From: a virus
IMG/VR virus record: IMGVR_UViG_3300047551_001153
Location: 1 to 64,000 of that record
DNA: 64,000 bases
Direction: 5' to 3' (one strand)
In this document: piece after piece, positions 21,903 through 31,967 of the stretch
Numbering within the stretch: position 1 is the first letter of the stretch
Layout: the number at the start of each line of letters is the position of its first letter
Translations under genes and position numbers: made by a program
Notes under the pieces: generated by a model
What the model saw: the letters and a program-made list of their open reading frames with translations, nothing else
Database searches by the model: none
What the model was told of the DNA's origin: nothing

Positions 21903-24900
21903 TTAACTGATTCTGCTTATTGTTACAGAGCAACCATTACTCCTAAATCTTCTATTTCCAGTACCACCTGCAATACCCGCAGGAACGCCGTTGGATGCTT
22001 CCCCACGAAGTGCGTAAAGAGTAAATACAACAGGATATCCTTGCCCTTGTAGGGGATCGTTGGCAAGACGAGGAAGAACTTGAATTTCCGTCATATCAAC
22101 CGAACTTGATCCTGGCAAATATCCATAACCTGCACCGCCGAGGTTTTCGTTCATAAATCTCAACTTGAGTTCACCTTGTCCGCTCAAAAGCCCCCCTTCA
22201 GCCGCAACCCATTGTAAATGCTTAACAACACAACTTCTGGCCGAACCACCACCTTGTTGTGGGAAATATTGAACATGGCCCTCCATTTTAATATTATATG
22301 TCCCTGGATTAAGCGTTATTGTTTTTATAACATCAGCATCAGTTCCCGCATAGAACTGTGTAGTCATCTCTGCTGGGGGTGAACCAAACATATAAATATT
22401 ACTAATTCTCTGATCAACATAATCCTTGTTCGCCGCATCACATCCACTGGATGGTGCAGTCAGACCAGTGATTCTACCTCTGCATCCACCACGATTGTCA
22501 ACAAATTCCAAAGTTGGGGCGGGGGTGGCTCTTTCATTTGTGACTGTATATGAACCATTCACATAACCCGCTGTATATCCGCCCAGAATCGTAACTTTAT
22601 TCAAAACTGGATCAACCGCAAAGGACGCACTGCCGTGTGCAGATCGGTTGGAAGATCGACCGTAGGCATCTCCAAATACTGTAAAGTCTCCGTTTACAAA
22701 AATCTCATGAGCAGAATCATAAGAATTTATGGATCTCGGATCAGCATTTGCAAAGGCACTAAGAATTGTGCGAGTGGGTCTTCCCTGTCCAAGCAAATCT
22801 TGATTTGTACTGATGTTGAATCCTCTAACTCCATTAACAGCAGGAATTCTGCCTGTCGGGTATAGAGGCGGTTCTGGAAGGATTGAACCCGTAATAGCGA
22901 CACCAATATCAGTAATTGCACGACTTATGCTGACTCTACCGCTTGAGGAAACTTCAAAATCCTCTGAGTTGAACATCGCCACACCAGTGACGGAGTATCC
23001 AGCCAAAGGTATGATTAGTCTCTTCTTGGCAATTTCCTGATCAACATACCACTTGTTTGTGGCCTTGTCATCTCTATCTGGTGCGGTAAGACCCTCGATA
23101 ATACCGATTGGATCACCGCTTACAAAATCTCCCTGTCTTGGATTGCGATTCAACAAAGAAATGGTGGGAGGCTCAAGGAGATTTATAGCAGAAATATCTG
23201 TATTTGCGGTTCCTCCACCAATAACTCTGAATCGAGAAAGTAGAGTATCAAATGTAAATGTTCCTCTATTATGTGCAGGAAGGATTACATTTCCGTCTGA
23301 ACCCGTAAGGCCGTTTCCATAAATGCTCATGTCGCCACGGATGTGGACTTCCGTCTTTGCTCCAACTCCAGACGGTGTACTATCCGCAACAACGCTCAAT
23401 ATCGTCTTTTCAGTTGGTGCTATGACTCCCGTTGCGGCGATGACATTAAACTGACCTGTTGGTCGGTTTCTACTTGCAGAAAATTCACCCGCAGGTAAGG
23501 CGTTGTAAATAAACTTGGACGCTGTGTCTGTGTAGAATTTATTTGTAGCGTATGAGTCTTGACCATCTTTAGGAGCGGTTAGACCAATTATTTGACCGAT
23601 TGGGAATGTATCTACATTCGGGGCTTGAATATTGGTAAATTTGAGTTTTGGAGGCTGAAGATTATTGACTGTAGAGCCGTGAATCGAAACTTGAGATATC
23701 TTTGAATCAAGTTTGAATGCGACACCCGCATAGCCTCCACCCGTAAGGTTGTTTAGTGTAATTCCATCACTAAACACACTCAAATCACCATACATGAAAT
23801 TCTGCAAGACGCTATTAGATTCACTACCAATCAGACCTATATCCCAACGGCTGATAAACATTCCAGTAAATCCACCAGGTCTTCTCATTTGTGGATATGA
23901 GGATGGGATGTCGTGATAGACTCCCCAATCTCCATAGAATCCCGCCGAATATGGACTTACTTTGAAGTTTCCTTGGAGGGGATGGTAGCGATCATCATGA
24001 TTATGACCCGAAAGAATAAGAGCGGATAAACCACGCTTCGCACGGATAATCCAGTTAATCGTGGCATATGGTTGCATTACATCGAATGCTCTTCTGTTTA
24101 CACCACTGGCGAGTTGCGGTCCTAAATCGGTGTAGCGAACGGTTGACAGATTACTGGTTTCGCTGTTAGTAGCATTTCCGATTCCAACTATAGCACCAGA
24201 TCCGACAGAAACACCAGATGCTGTTCTGATTTCGTGTGAGTGGGCTGGGAGTTGATCAGCCGAAATGAACTTCAATCCTGCACCGCCGATGTCTCCCAAA
24301 GAAACATCCACACCAGCAAAAGACGCACCAGAATCCTTGGTTGAACCAATCAGGGTTCTGCTACGGAAATCTGGGAGGAAGAATATCGGATTACCCGTCT
24401 GACCCTGACCGGGAATGCGACCACGAAGTCTCAGAGTTCTTCCTGCGAGGGTTTGTGCGACATTGGAAACTACGATGCTGAATGAATTGACTGTTATGCG
24501 ACCGTAGTTCACTCCTGCACCAACAGAGGCTACGATGGTGTTGGCATTGTAATAAATTCCGTTGACATTTACTTCAACCTGCAAGCAATCACCGACCTGA
24601 ATATCATACGAATCGGTATTCGTAAGAACGATAGTCACGGGTCCAGTGGTGTAATCATTCGGAATTCGACCTTCAAGGTAGTAATTCTGACCAATGATCG
24701 CATACAACTCCGCCCATTCAGCCTTCAACAGTCTTGTACCGTCACACAACTTCCAACCATACGGTATGTCCGATATAGCACCAGAATATGGCATAACCAT
24801 ACCGATTGGTATGACACCTGCCGAATCAACTATATCTGTCTCTTCACCAGAAACGATACCGAGGTAGTTTGCAACATATCCCGTATATGCGCTGAGAGCC

Positions 24901-26759
24901 AAAAGCATCGGCTTTCTAATTTGGCCAAGCGTGATTGGAAGAGGACCATCTGGATCTTTGATTAGAGACCCGTAATCATTTGAACTAAGATAATACACAT
25001 TTCCCGTGACAAGAGGGAACACATCCCAAATGTTAGATGAGGAATTTCCCGTAAGGCTGATGAATCCCTTGGTCACAACACATACTTCATTACCTGTTAC
25101 AGAACTAACAATACCAAGTGCTTCGGCTCTTTCGAATGTGTCCGCTCTTGCGAATGTAAGACTTCCATTGTCTGGATTCACTCGGACAACATCTCCGATG
25201 ACAAGACCGCTTGATGCCTGCGTAAAGCATTTCGTGATCGCTTCTGTTCCTTCGGGGAGCCAATCCCGTGCGATCTTTCCATTGCTCATTGAAATCGGAA
25301 TGGAGAATGGTGTGGCCCATGTTGTTCCATGTGCGCCGTCCAAGAAATCGCTATTGAATCCCTGTGCAAAAGTTGTGGTTGTGTTTGTGCCCTGTCCTGT
25401 CACAAATGCAGAACCAAATGTCTGACCAGACGCACCAGAAGCAATTTTGAAAAGAACCGATTCACTATCCGTAGTGCTTTTCTTGAAAATAAAGTTCAAA
25501 GGTTGGTGAGTAGCACCAGTTATTCCTCTATTATCGTGCTGAATTGCCCAATAACCATGGTGGCCATATTGTTGTTGACCAGTTGATCCACCGATTATGA
25601 TTTTCGGCTTTCCATCATCGAATCCCATGAACTGGAATGTGTTATTGACAGACGAGTCGCTATAACCATACGAGCGGAATTTCGATGCAATTATTGAATT
25701 GCTACTTCCAGATACACCCAAATTGGATGTGGAAATGAAAGAGTTGTAAATGTCTTGATTGGGTCCCTCTTTGTAAACCCAAACTAACTCTTTGTCTCCA
25801 GACGCACCCTTAATCCTAATACCAGAAAAGTCTAAAAGATCATCGGTAAGGAACGCTGTCGTTGTAGTTGGGCCAGATACAACAGTAAAGTCCCACCTAC
25901 TACCCGGCCCATAAGGTCCAGTTACGCTCAGTTTTCCATCGGGTCTAATATCACCGACTCCGCCCTTCGTAAACTTGTGAAGTCGTATTTCGGTTTGATC
26001 ACCCGCAAAAGTAATCCCTTGAATTCTTGCGATTGATGAAGGAGTTGCAGTTCCACCCGATGTAGTATCATAATAGTAAAGAGTAAGACCGACTGCTGGA
26101 AAACCTAAATTATTTGGGGCAGTAATTCCAGTACAACCCACAGCAACGGTTTGTACATACGCCAACTCAATCAGAGAGTCCTCGACCGCCACCTCTCCTG
26201 AAGCAAGATTAGTTGCGTTTTCAACCGTCAAAGCACCGTTGATATACACATTACCATTAAACTCAAACCCATCTGGAAGGTAAACCTTCGGCGGAAGCAT
26301 TTGCTGTGCTTGTATTTTCTTCGGAGTTCCGCCGCCAACACCGAGAGTTCCATCGCTTACATCACTTACAATAAACCAGTCATTGAGTGCTGGGAAAGAT
26401 GAAGTTGGTCTTGTTCCAATAGCATCATCGTATCCGCTTCCTGCTTCCCAACCACTCAACCCCGTAACATCCAACATAATCGAGTTCAAATAATAGTTTG
26501 GTGTTGAGACACTTCCAAGTCCGATGCCTGGGCCAACCTGAGCCTTTATCGTAAGCAATCCACTATAGTTTCCATTCTGACAGGTGGACACACCAGTCAG
26601 ACCACTATTAGTAAGTCCGACTTGGACATCGTAAATGTTGACCTTATTCAGGCTTGTAATGACTTCATTCGTTCTATCGTACCAAGTGTGAAAGGTATCG
26701 GAAAGAGCGAGAGGATTGATATTGATGAGGTCGCAGTTACCTGTGCAGGAACAAGACAT
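21903..26759 (-). CDS. Long tail fibre protein (1618 aa) with tail-collar domain and repeated modules
   Basis: N-terminal LSDTFHTWYDRTNE anchor, VEDSLIEL, NSDFLDG, PIGMVMPYSG..IPYGWKLCDG collar, PDFRSRTLIG, three GLTAP...(A/T)NKxY(V/T)D modules. Confidence 0.88.
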   Translation of the reverse strand: MSCSCTGNCDLININPLALSDTFHTWYDRTNEVITSLNKVNIYDVQVGLTNSGLTGVSTCQNGNYSGLLTIKAQVGPGIGLGSVSTPNYYLNSIMLDVTGLSGWEAGSGYDDAIGTRPTSSFPALNDWFIVSDVSDGTLGVGGGTPKKIQAQQMLPPKVYLPDGFEFNGNVYINGALTVENATNLASGEVAVEDSLIELAYVQTVAVGCTGITAPNNLGFPAVGLTLYYYDTTSGGTATPSSIARIQGITFAGDQTEIRLHKFTKGGVGDIRPDGKLSVTGPYGPGSRWDFTVVSGPTTTTAFLTDDLLDFSGIRIKGASGDKELVWVYKEGPNQDIYNSFISTSNLGVSGSSNSIIASKFRSYGYSDSSVNNTFQFMGFDDGKPKIIIGGSTGQQQYGHHGYWAIQHDNRGITGATHQPLNFIFKKSTTDSESVLFKIASGASGQTFGSAFVTGQGTNTTTTFAQGFNSDFLDGAHGTTWATPFSIPISMSNGKIARDWLPEGTEAITKCFTQASSGLVIGDVVRVNPDNGSLTFARADTFERAEALGIVSSVTGNEVCVVTKGFISLTGNSSSNIWDVFPLVTGNVYYLSSNDYGSLIKDPDGPLPITLGQIRKPMLLALSAYTGYVANYLGIVSGEETDIVDSAGVIPIGMVMPYSGAISDIPYGWKLCDGTRLLKAEWAELYAIIGQNYYLEGRIPNDYTTGPVTIVLTNTDSYDIQVGDCLQVEVNVNGIYYNANTIVASVGAGVNYGRITVNSFSIVVSNVAQTLAGRTLRLRGRIPGQGQTGNPIFFLPDFRSRTLIGSTKDSGASFAGVDVSLGDIGGAGLKFISADQLPAHSHEIRTASGVSVGSGAIVGIGNATNSETSNLSTVRYTDLGPQLASGVNRRAFDVMQPYATINWIIRAKRGLSALILSGHNHDDRYHPLQGNFKVSPYSAGFYGDWGVYHDIPSSYPQMRRPGGFTGMFISRWDIGLIGSESNSVLQNFMYGDLSVFSDGITLNNLTGGGYAGVAFKLDSKISQVSIHGSTVNNLQPPKLKFTNIQAPNVDTFPIGQIIGLTAPKDGQDSYATNKFYTDTASKFIYNALPAGEFSASRNRPTGQFNVIAATGVIAPTEKTILSVVADSTPSGVGAKTEVHIRGDMSIYGNGLTGSDGNVILPAHNRGTFTFDTLLSRFRVIGGGTANTDISAINLLEPPTISLLNRNPRQGDFVSGDPIGIIEGLTAPDRDDKATNKWYVDQEIAKKRLIIPLAGYSVTGVAMFNSEDFEVSSSGRVSISRAITDIGVAITGSILPEPPLYPTGRIPAVNGVRGFNISTNQDLLGQGRPTRTILSAFANADPRSINSYDSAHEIFVNGDFTVFGDAYGRSSNRSAHGSASFAVDPVLNKVTILGGYTAGYVNGSYTVTNERATPAPTLEFVDNRGGCRGRITGLTAPSSGCDAANKDYVDQRISNIYMFGSPPAEMTTQFYAGTDADVIKTITLNPGTYNIKMEGHVQYFPQQGGGSARSCVVKHLQWVAAEGGLLSGQGELKLRFMNENLGGAGYGYLPGSSSVDMTEIQVLPRLANDPLQGQGYPVVFTLYALRGEASNGVPAGIAGGTGNRRFRSNGCSVTISRIS

Positions 26760-26762
26760 GGA

Positions 26763-26966
26763 TTACTTCTTCCTTATTTCTTCTATTAGTAAACGGAGTT
26801 CGGCCAGTTCATTTTCGAGTTTATTTAGTCGTTCTCTATCCGATTCAATCTTTTTTCGCCTGTTTTCATATATGCGTATCGCATCTCTATCAACTGATAA
26901 AATCGCCCCAGTTGACTTATCACGAACGAGTCCAGAGTTGTTTTTTACTGGTATCTTTTCACTCAT
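26763..26966 (-). CDS. Small conserved coiled-coil protein
   Basis: LVRDKSTGAILSVD plus coiled coil; this type of ORF usually follows the VrlC-like gene in T4-like phages. Confidence 0.75.
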   Translation of the reverse strand: MSEKIPVKNNSGLVRDKSTGAILSVDRDAIRIYENRRKKIESDRERLNKLENELAELRLLIEEIRKK

Positions 26967-29900
26967 ACGGCGATAATCCTAAGGTTCTTGATTTTCGGAA
27001 TGCTTCTTGGGTCTTTCCCTGTTGTCGTAGCATTTGATGAGTACATTACAATCTTTATCGAGAAGGCACGGAACTTCGAAAGGGATTGCTTTGAGAATGT
27101 TATTTCACGGAAGGTGTCTGGATTTGAAGAATATCCTATTGATGCGGCTGTGGTTGGGGACAATTGTTGATAACTGATATTTGTGAAATCAGACTCACCG
27201 ATGGGCATGGGTCTGACAAACACCTGTATTGTGGAATCGGGAGGATTGCTGAGTGCCATCTGGACATAGATGTCTGTGGCTTCAAAACCCTCTTCCAAGA
27301 TAACCTGCTTGGTGATATAACGAGCCGCACTTCTATTGTCAGCGGTCGCCCCAAGATTTGTCGGATTCAACTCATAGTTAAGATTCAAATCAGTATTATT
27401 GTTTATGTTATTTTTTACGATCAGGAAGTGTGAACTTTCAGAATCCACAACGGGTGACACATAAGCATTACCGTAAAGTTTCATCTTCAGATTTGTAAAG
27501 TTGGTCGATGCGGTTTTCTCTCGTGAGGCGGCGGCGATTGCGGGTCTATCGAAGTTCTTATTCGCCTGAACAAGGGTAGCCGATGTATTCAACAAGCCAT
27601 CTTCCTCAAAGATTATATTCGTGGAGGAGGGCAGAATATGATTGACATTGATTCTACCCACATCGAAGAAGGTGCTTCCCGCATAAGATCCTGCGTCATT
27701 TCGATATGTACACTCTCCGCTTTGTGGTGAGAATATGCAAACTCCGAGAGAGAATCTCAGGGATTCGTTGTCGTTCTTCTTAAGCGAACCAGTATTTTGA
27801 GGAGTAAACAAACTTCTGATTCCGGGTTGCTTTGTGGCTTTTCTGTCCGCAACGCCAGTTGTCAGGTTTATAATATTACTACCCACAACCGCCTTGTAAA
27901 CGGTAAACTCAGAACTATTCGTAACCAAACAGATTGCGTATTCGTTTCCGGGCAACAGATAGATTGGACTACTAAAGGTGAATGTCGTTTCGGTAGATCC
28001 GTCCGAACTTGTAGTAATATTGTCCGAATAGAGCGTCTTTTCACCGAATGGAATTATCTTCGATGGGTGTGGATATCCAGAAACGGTGGGTCTGATTTGA
28101 GCAGTTATTGGTATATTATTATCCGTACTCTTCGTTGCAAACGCAATACCCACATTCTTAATGAAAACTCCGTTTGGATACTTTACGGGATCAACAAAGA
28201 ATGTCTGACTCATCGGCTCGGTAAATCCGAAGAAGTCGGTCGATAAAAGTTCCGAAAGATTCGATTGAATCTTGTTGGACTTCACGGATCTTCTTCTCGT
28301 ATGGGTCGGTCTCGTTGAGAGGATTCCGTCCTCGTTGAGGGTGTCAACTGCTCCAATAGAATTATAAGTAGCGTCAGCCGCCATTGTGGACTGAGATACG
28401 GTATTCGTACTGCTGTCCGTGATTCTGAAATTTCTTCTTCCTGTGAGGAAGTTATTCACTGTATCGCCAGTAGCACCACGATATTGAACCGTGCAATACC
28501 CCTTAGAATCTGTCTTCTGTGAAGATCCCGTGCAATACGCTGTAATATCAATATTGTCAAGGAACACATAGAAAGTAGTGTTTGGCTTGAGTCCCGATGC
28601 CTCAAGCGTTACATTTTGCTTACGGGCATAAGGAATAATATCCTTCTTGATTGTTTTGGTGACAGATTTTCTCTTGATTCCCTCGGGAACACCTGACTTG
28701 TAGGTATTTCCGAGGCTTACTCCTTTATTCTTCGCAACAACGGAGTTCTGAACTGGGAGATTTGGCTTAGTGGTAGTTTCACTTGGAATGTCTCTACCAT
28801 ACCAATTTGACTCCCAGTCATTCCATTGAGAACCGAAACCTCCTCCAGAGAAACCCAGACCCTGACCAGAAGCCCATGCGTTATTTTCACCATCCACATT
28901 GACACGAACAACTGGATTCAGTGCATTACTGAACCAATAATCACCCGATGGTGTAAGTTTCAAGTTTCCAAGATAGTTGACAATAGATGAAGAGTTTACA
29001 AATTCAGTATCCGTGGCAAGAACTTGATTGATTTCTGAGCGCAATGTATATGGAAGAGTTATGATTCCGTCTTCGGAAACCGTAAGCGTGTTTGTTCTTG
29101 ATCCATATGGACCAGTAAATCCAAATACTCTATGCTCAAATGGCGGACGAAGTTCATTCTTTTCAAAGTCTATCGAGGCGGCATACATTAGATTGGTGAC
29201 ATCACCAATGTTGTGTCCTTTGAATTGATCAACCAAAATACCCTTTTTGGGCATTTCGATGCCATCGGAGTCAACAATAGAAAGTGTCTTTGCTTCTTGT
29301 TCAAGCAATGAAAGCGTAGTGTAATATTCAACTGCCTCGATACGCTTTTCCAACTCACCGATGTCACGCATCGTGTATCTACGATTGTCCACATATCTCA
29401 AAGATGTATCGTCTTTATCGTATGTGTATGGATTTAATGTAATATTATAAAGTGTCATCGCATTGGGATCGTCAGGGGGAGTTATTGCATCAAGGCTCGG
29501 AACTCCCTGTATGACCGAGAATGTTCTATCTCTCTTCAATACGATTTTATCTGTTCGTGGTAAATAATGAGTGTAAGAAAACTCATTATCGTTTGCTACG
29601 GTATTTGTCGGTATCCAAGGAACGCCTGTTGTTCCTGTGCTTCCGCTCGGGCCTCTATCGGGTCTGAAATCAATCACATCCGCCAAGTTATAAGTTTTTC
29701 CTGTAGTTCTGCTTGTGTAGTCTGGTATATCTGAGTAATTTACTCCAGAATATGAATCCACTGTAAATGGGCCGACTCCTGAGTGATTAAATCGCTTAAT
29801 AGTGGCCCAGTAAGGTCCCGTCACCGCAGTAATTCCTGCGTTCAAGACCATTCTCGACCAATCATAAATGTTGTCTCTTTGACCGCTGTCGAATGTAAAA

Positions 29901-31957
29901 TAATTTTTAACCTGTGTGGTGGTAGTGTCGTAAACTCCCGTAAGTGAAATTACCTCATAAACATCAGTTTTTCCACCGAAGTAAAGAACGCTGTTTCCGT
30001 ATTGATCACTCGTTAGACCTGAGAAAAATCCAGTAAAACCACCCGCATTTCCAGATAAACTCTCAGTCACGGAACTCTTGGATCGTTTGAATGTGGATAT
30101 ATCATTGATGTCTATACTTGTGGTAATGAAAATAGTGTTACTATGAGTCACACCTTTACCTCTAAGGGTGACATTAATTGTTCCATCTGCGGTTCTTATA
30201 GCGGTTCCGCCGACTGCTCCATTTCTATCAAAAGCCATCAAGTTGTCATCTGAGTTTATGGTCGTTATAACTGAGGGCGAAATAGAGAATCTTGATCCAG
30301 CATTAACCGTATATGTTTGTGCATACAAATCAAAGTTTGCGCTGACTATACCCCCAGATGATGTAAATTGAGAGGATGTTGGTGTTGTATTAAAAAACTT
30401 AAAGTGCCCCGCAACCGCATAATCTGCGCTTGTTATGGTTTTAACTCTACTACCAGATGGGACAATGTATAAAAGGTCTCCATCTTTTGTGTTTTGAAGT
30501 CCGACTGTTCCTGTTATAGAAAATGCGTGAGACGCTCCCGATGGTTCTGTAAAAATTCGTGTTGTGTCGTTGAAGGATGATGGGCCAGTCATTTCAACAT
30601 TGTAAAGATACAAATTAAATATGTTTCCAGTATCCCATTCTATACCACGAACTCTGGCCGTTCCTATTCTTTGTTGTGTGGATGCACTAAGTCCAGAACT
30701 AAGATAGACTAATTGCTGTTGATCAAATCCAGTAAAACTGTGTATTGATGCGGTAATGCCAGAAAACTCAACTTGACAGTATGGGCCGACACCACGATTG
30801 AAATCAACCGTTGTAAGAGTTCTTTCGTGTGTTGATGTTCTTGCGGCTTCCAATTCAAGTCGAGTGTTTGATTGCGTTTCAAACTCATACCCAAATACAT
30901 AAGCCTTACCCGGCTCAAGATCGGCGAAAATCGAGCCTGTCTCTCCGCTGTTAGTTATACCCACACCGTTCACGAGGTTCACTTCAAAAGGACGAACCGT
31001 GTAGTTTCCAGATTCATCGAATGTTCTTCTGGCAAGAGACTCTTCCAATACGGCATACTCTGGATACTTCTCAATCTTGATTGGAGAGCCATCAACCAAT
31101 CGAATAAATTCAATGAAATCGGTTCTTGAGAAGTTATCGACTGCGCTTGTGTTTGTTGCGGTATACCCAGATTGAGCGATATTCAAATCAATCTGGAATC
31201 TATCCGCACCCGGTGCATTATAGTTGTATGAGCCATATGCGGGATCTTTGAGGGTGGTATCCGTGTCGGCATCTACAAAACTCTTATCAACCGAGAACCC
31301 AATTCGTGTGTTTGGGCTGTCAAACCATCTGACTTGACTGCCGCCTGGCCCGCTAAGACCATATGCGCCGATCTTTTGAGCCTCATGATAAACAAAGAAG
31401 CCTTCAGCAAAGCGAACGCCCTCATCGACTGAAACAACCAGAGCGTTTCCGACAGGGGGTGGACTTGAATTTACCACAGAAGTTCCCGTTACGCTAAATG
31501 CAATCAGGGTGTCATTTGCGGCGGTTCCTTCGATTCTACTGCCATAAACGAAACCCGTGCCACCATCAAGGTAGTCAAAAAACACAACGGCAAAATTATC
31601 AACCGAGGATGTTGTCAACCCGTATTCAGCGTGTACGATTCTTGCTCTGGCGGTCGTAGCACCTCTGGCGACAACGCCGATAAAATCCTTGACATCGGTT
31701 GTTCCCGAGAGGCCCATGACACGGGCATATTTCAAACTGTTTACATTTATTTTTCCGCCACTTACAATACTTCCCTCTTCAAAAACATGGTCGCCGAATC
31801 GCTCAATTTGATTCTGGAGAATGGTTTGAACCTGAGTAAGTTCACGAGCCTGAACGCCATATCCAGGGCGGAACATGATACGCAGGAATTTCTTCTGTTC
31901 GTTGAAGTCATCGTAATACGGATCGGTATTGAAAAGTTCTGGTATATAAGATGGCAT
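26963..31957 (-). CDS. Large virion structural protein (VrlC / DUF4815-like)
   Basis: PYYDDF...FLRIMFRPGYGVQARELTQVQTILQNQI, NYNAPGADR, LARRTFDESGNY, RYTMRDIGELEKRI, ARYITK, F.IKIV. Start taken at MPSYIP (31957). Confidence 0.9.
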   Translation of the reverse strand: MPSYIPELFNTDPYYDDFNEQKKFLRIMFRPGYGVQARELTQVQTILQNQIERFGDHVFEEGSIVSGGKINVNSLKYARVMGLSGTTDVKDFIGVVARGATTARARIVHAEYGLTTSSVDNFAVVFFDYLDGGTGFVYGSRIEGTAANDTLIAFSVTGTSVVNSSPPPVGNALVVSVDEGVRFAEGFFVYHEAQKIGAYGLSGPGGSQVRWFDSPNTRIGFSVDKSFVDADTDTTLKDPAYGSYNYNAPGADRFQIDLNIAQSGYTATNTSAVDNFSRTDFIEFIRLVDGSPIKIEKYPEYAVLEESLARRTFDESGNYTVRPFEVNLVNGVGITNSGETGSIFADLEPGKAYVFGYEFETQSNTRLELEAARTSTHERTLTTVDFNRGVGPYCQVEFSGITASIHSFTGFDQQQLVYLSSGLSASTQQRIGTARVRGIEWDTGNIFNLYLYNVEMTGPSSFNDTTRIFTEPSGASHAFSITGTVGLQNTKDGDLLYIVPSGSRVKTITSADYAVAGHFKFFNTTPTSSQFTSSGGIVSANFDLYAQTYTVNAGSRFSISPSVITTINSDDNLMAFDRNGAVGGTAIRTADGTINVTLRGKGVTHSNTIFITTSIDINDISTFKRSKSSVTESLSGNAGGFTGFFSGLTSDQYGNSVLYFGGKTDVYEVISLTGVYDTTTTQVKNYFTFDSGQRDNIYDWSRMVLNAGITAVTGPYWATIKRFNHSGVGPFTVDSYSGVNYSDIPDYTSRTTGKTYNLADVIDFRPDRGPSGSTGTTGVPWIPTNTVANDNEFSYTHYLPRTDKIVLKRDRTFSVIQGVPSLDAITPPDDPNAMTLYNITLNPYTYDKDDTSLRYVDNRRYTMRDIGELEKRIEAVEYYTTLSLLEQEAKTLSIVDSDGIEMPKKGILVDQFKGHNIGDVTNLMYAASIDFEKNELRPPFEHRVFGFTGPYGSRTNTLTVSEDGIITLPYTLRSEINQVLATDTEFVNSSSIVNYLGNLKLTPSGDYWFSNALNPVVRVNVDGENNAWASGQGLGFSGGGFGSQWNDWESNWYGRDIPSETTTKPNLPVQNSVVAKNKGVSLGNTYKSGVPEGIKRKSVTKTIKKDIIPYARKQNVTLEASGLKPNTTFYVFLDNIDITAYCTGSSQKTDSKGYCTVQYRGATGDTVNNFLTGRRNFRITDSSTNTVSQSTMAADATYNSIGAVDTLNEDGILSTRPTHTRRRSVKSNKIQSNLSELLSTDFFGFTEPMSQTFFVDPVKYPNGVFIKNVGIAFATKSTDNNIPITAQIRPTVSGYPHPSKIIPFGEKTLYSDNITTSSDGSTETTFTFSSPIYLLPGNEYAICLVTNSSEFTVYKAVVGSNIINLTTGVADRKATKQPGIRSLFTPQNTGSLKKNDNESLRFSLGVCIFSPQSGECTYRNDAGSYAGSTFFDVGRINVNHILPSSTNIIFEEDGLLNTSATLVQANKNFDRPAIAAASREKTASTNFTNLKMKLYGNAYVSPVVDSESSHFLIVKNNINNNTDLNLNYELNPTNLGATADNRSAARYITKQVILEEGFEATDIYVQMALSNPPDSTIQVFVRPMPIGESDFTNISYQQLSPTTAASIGYSSNPDTFREITFSKQSLSKFRAFSIKIVMYSSNATTTGKDPRSIPKIKNLRIIAV

Positions 31958-31967
31958 TTTTTCTACC

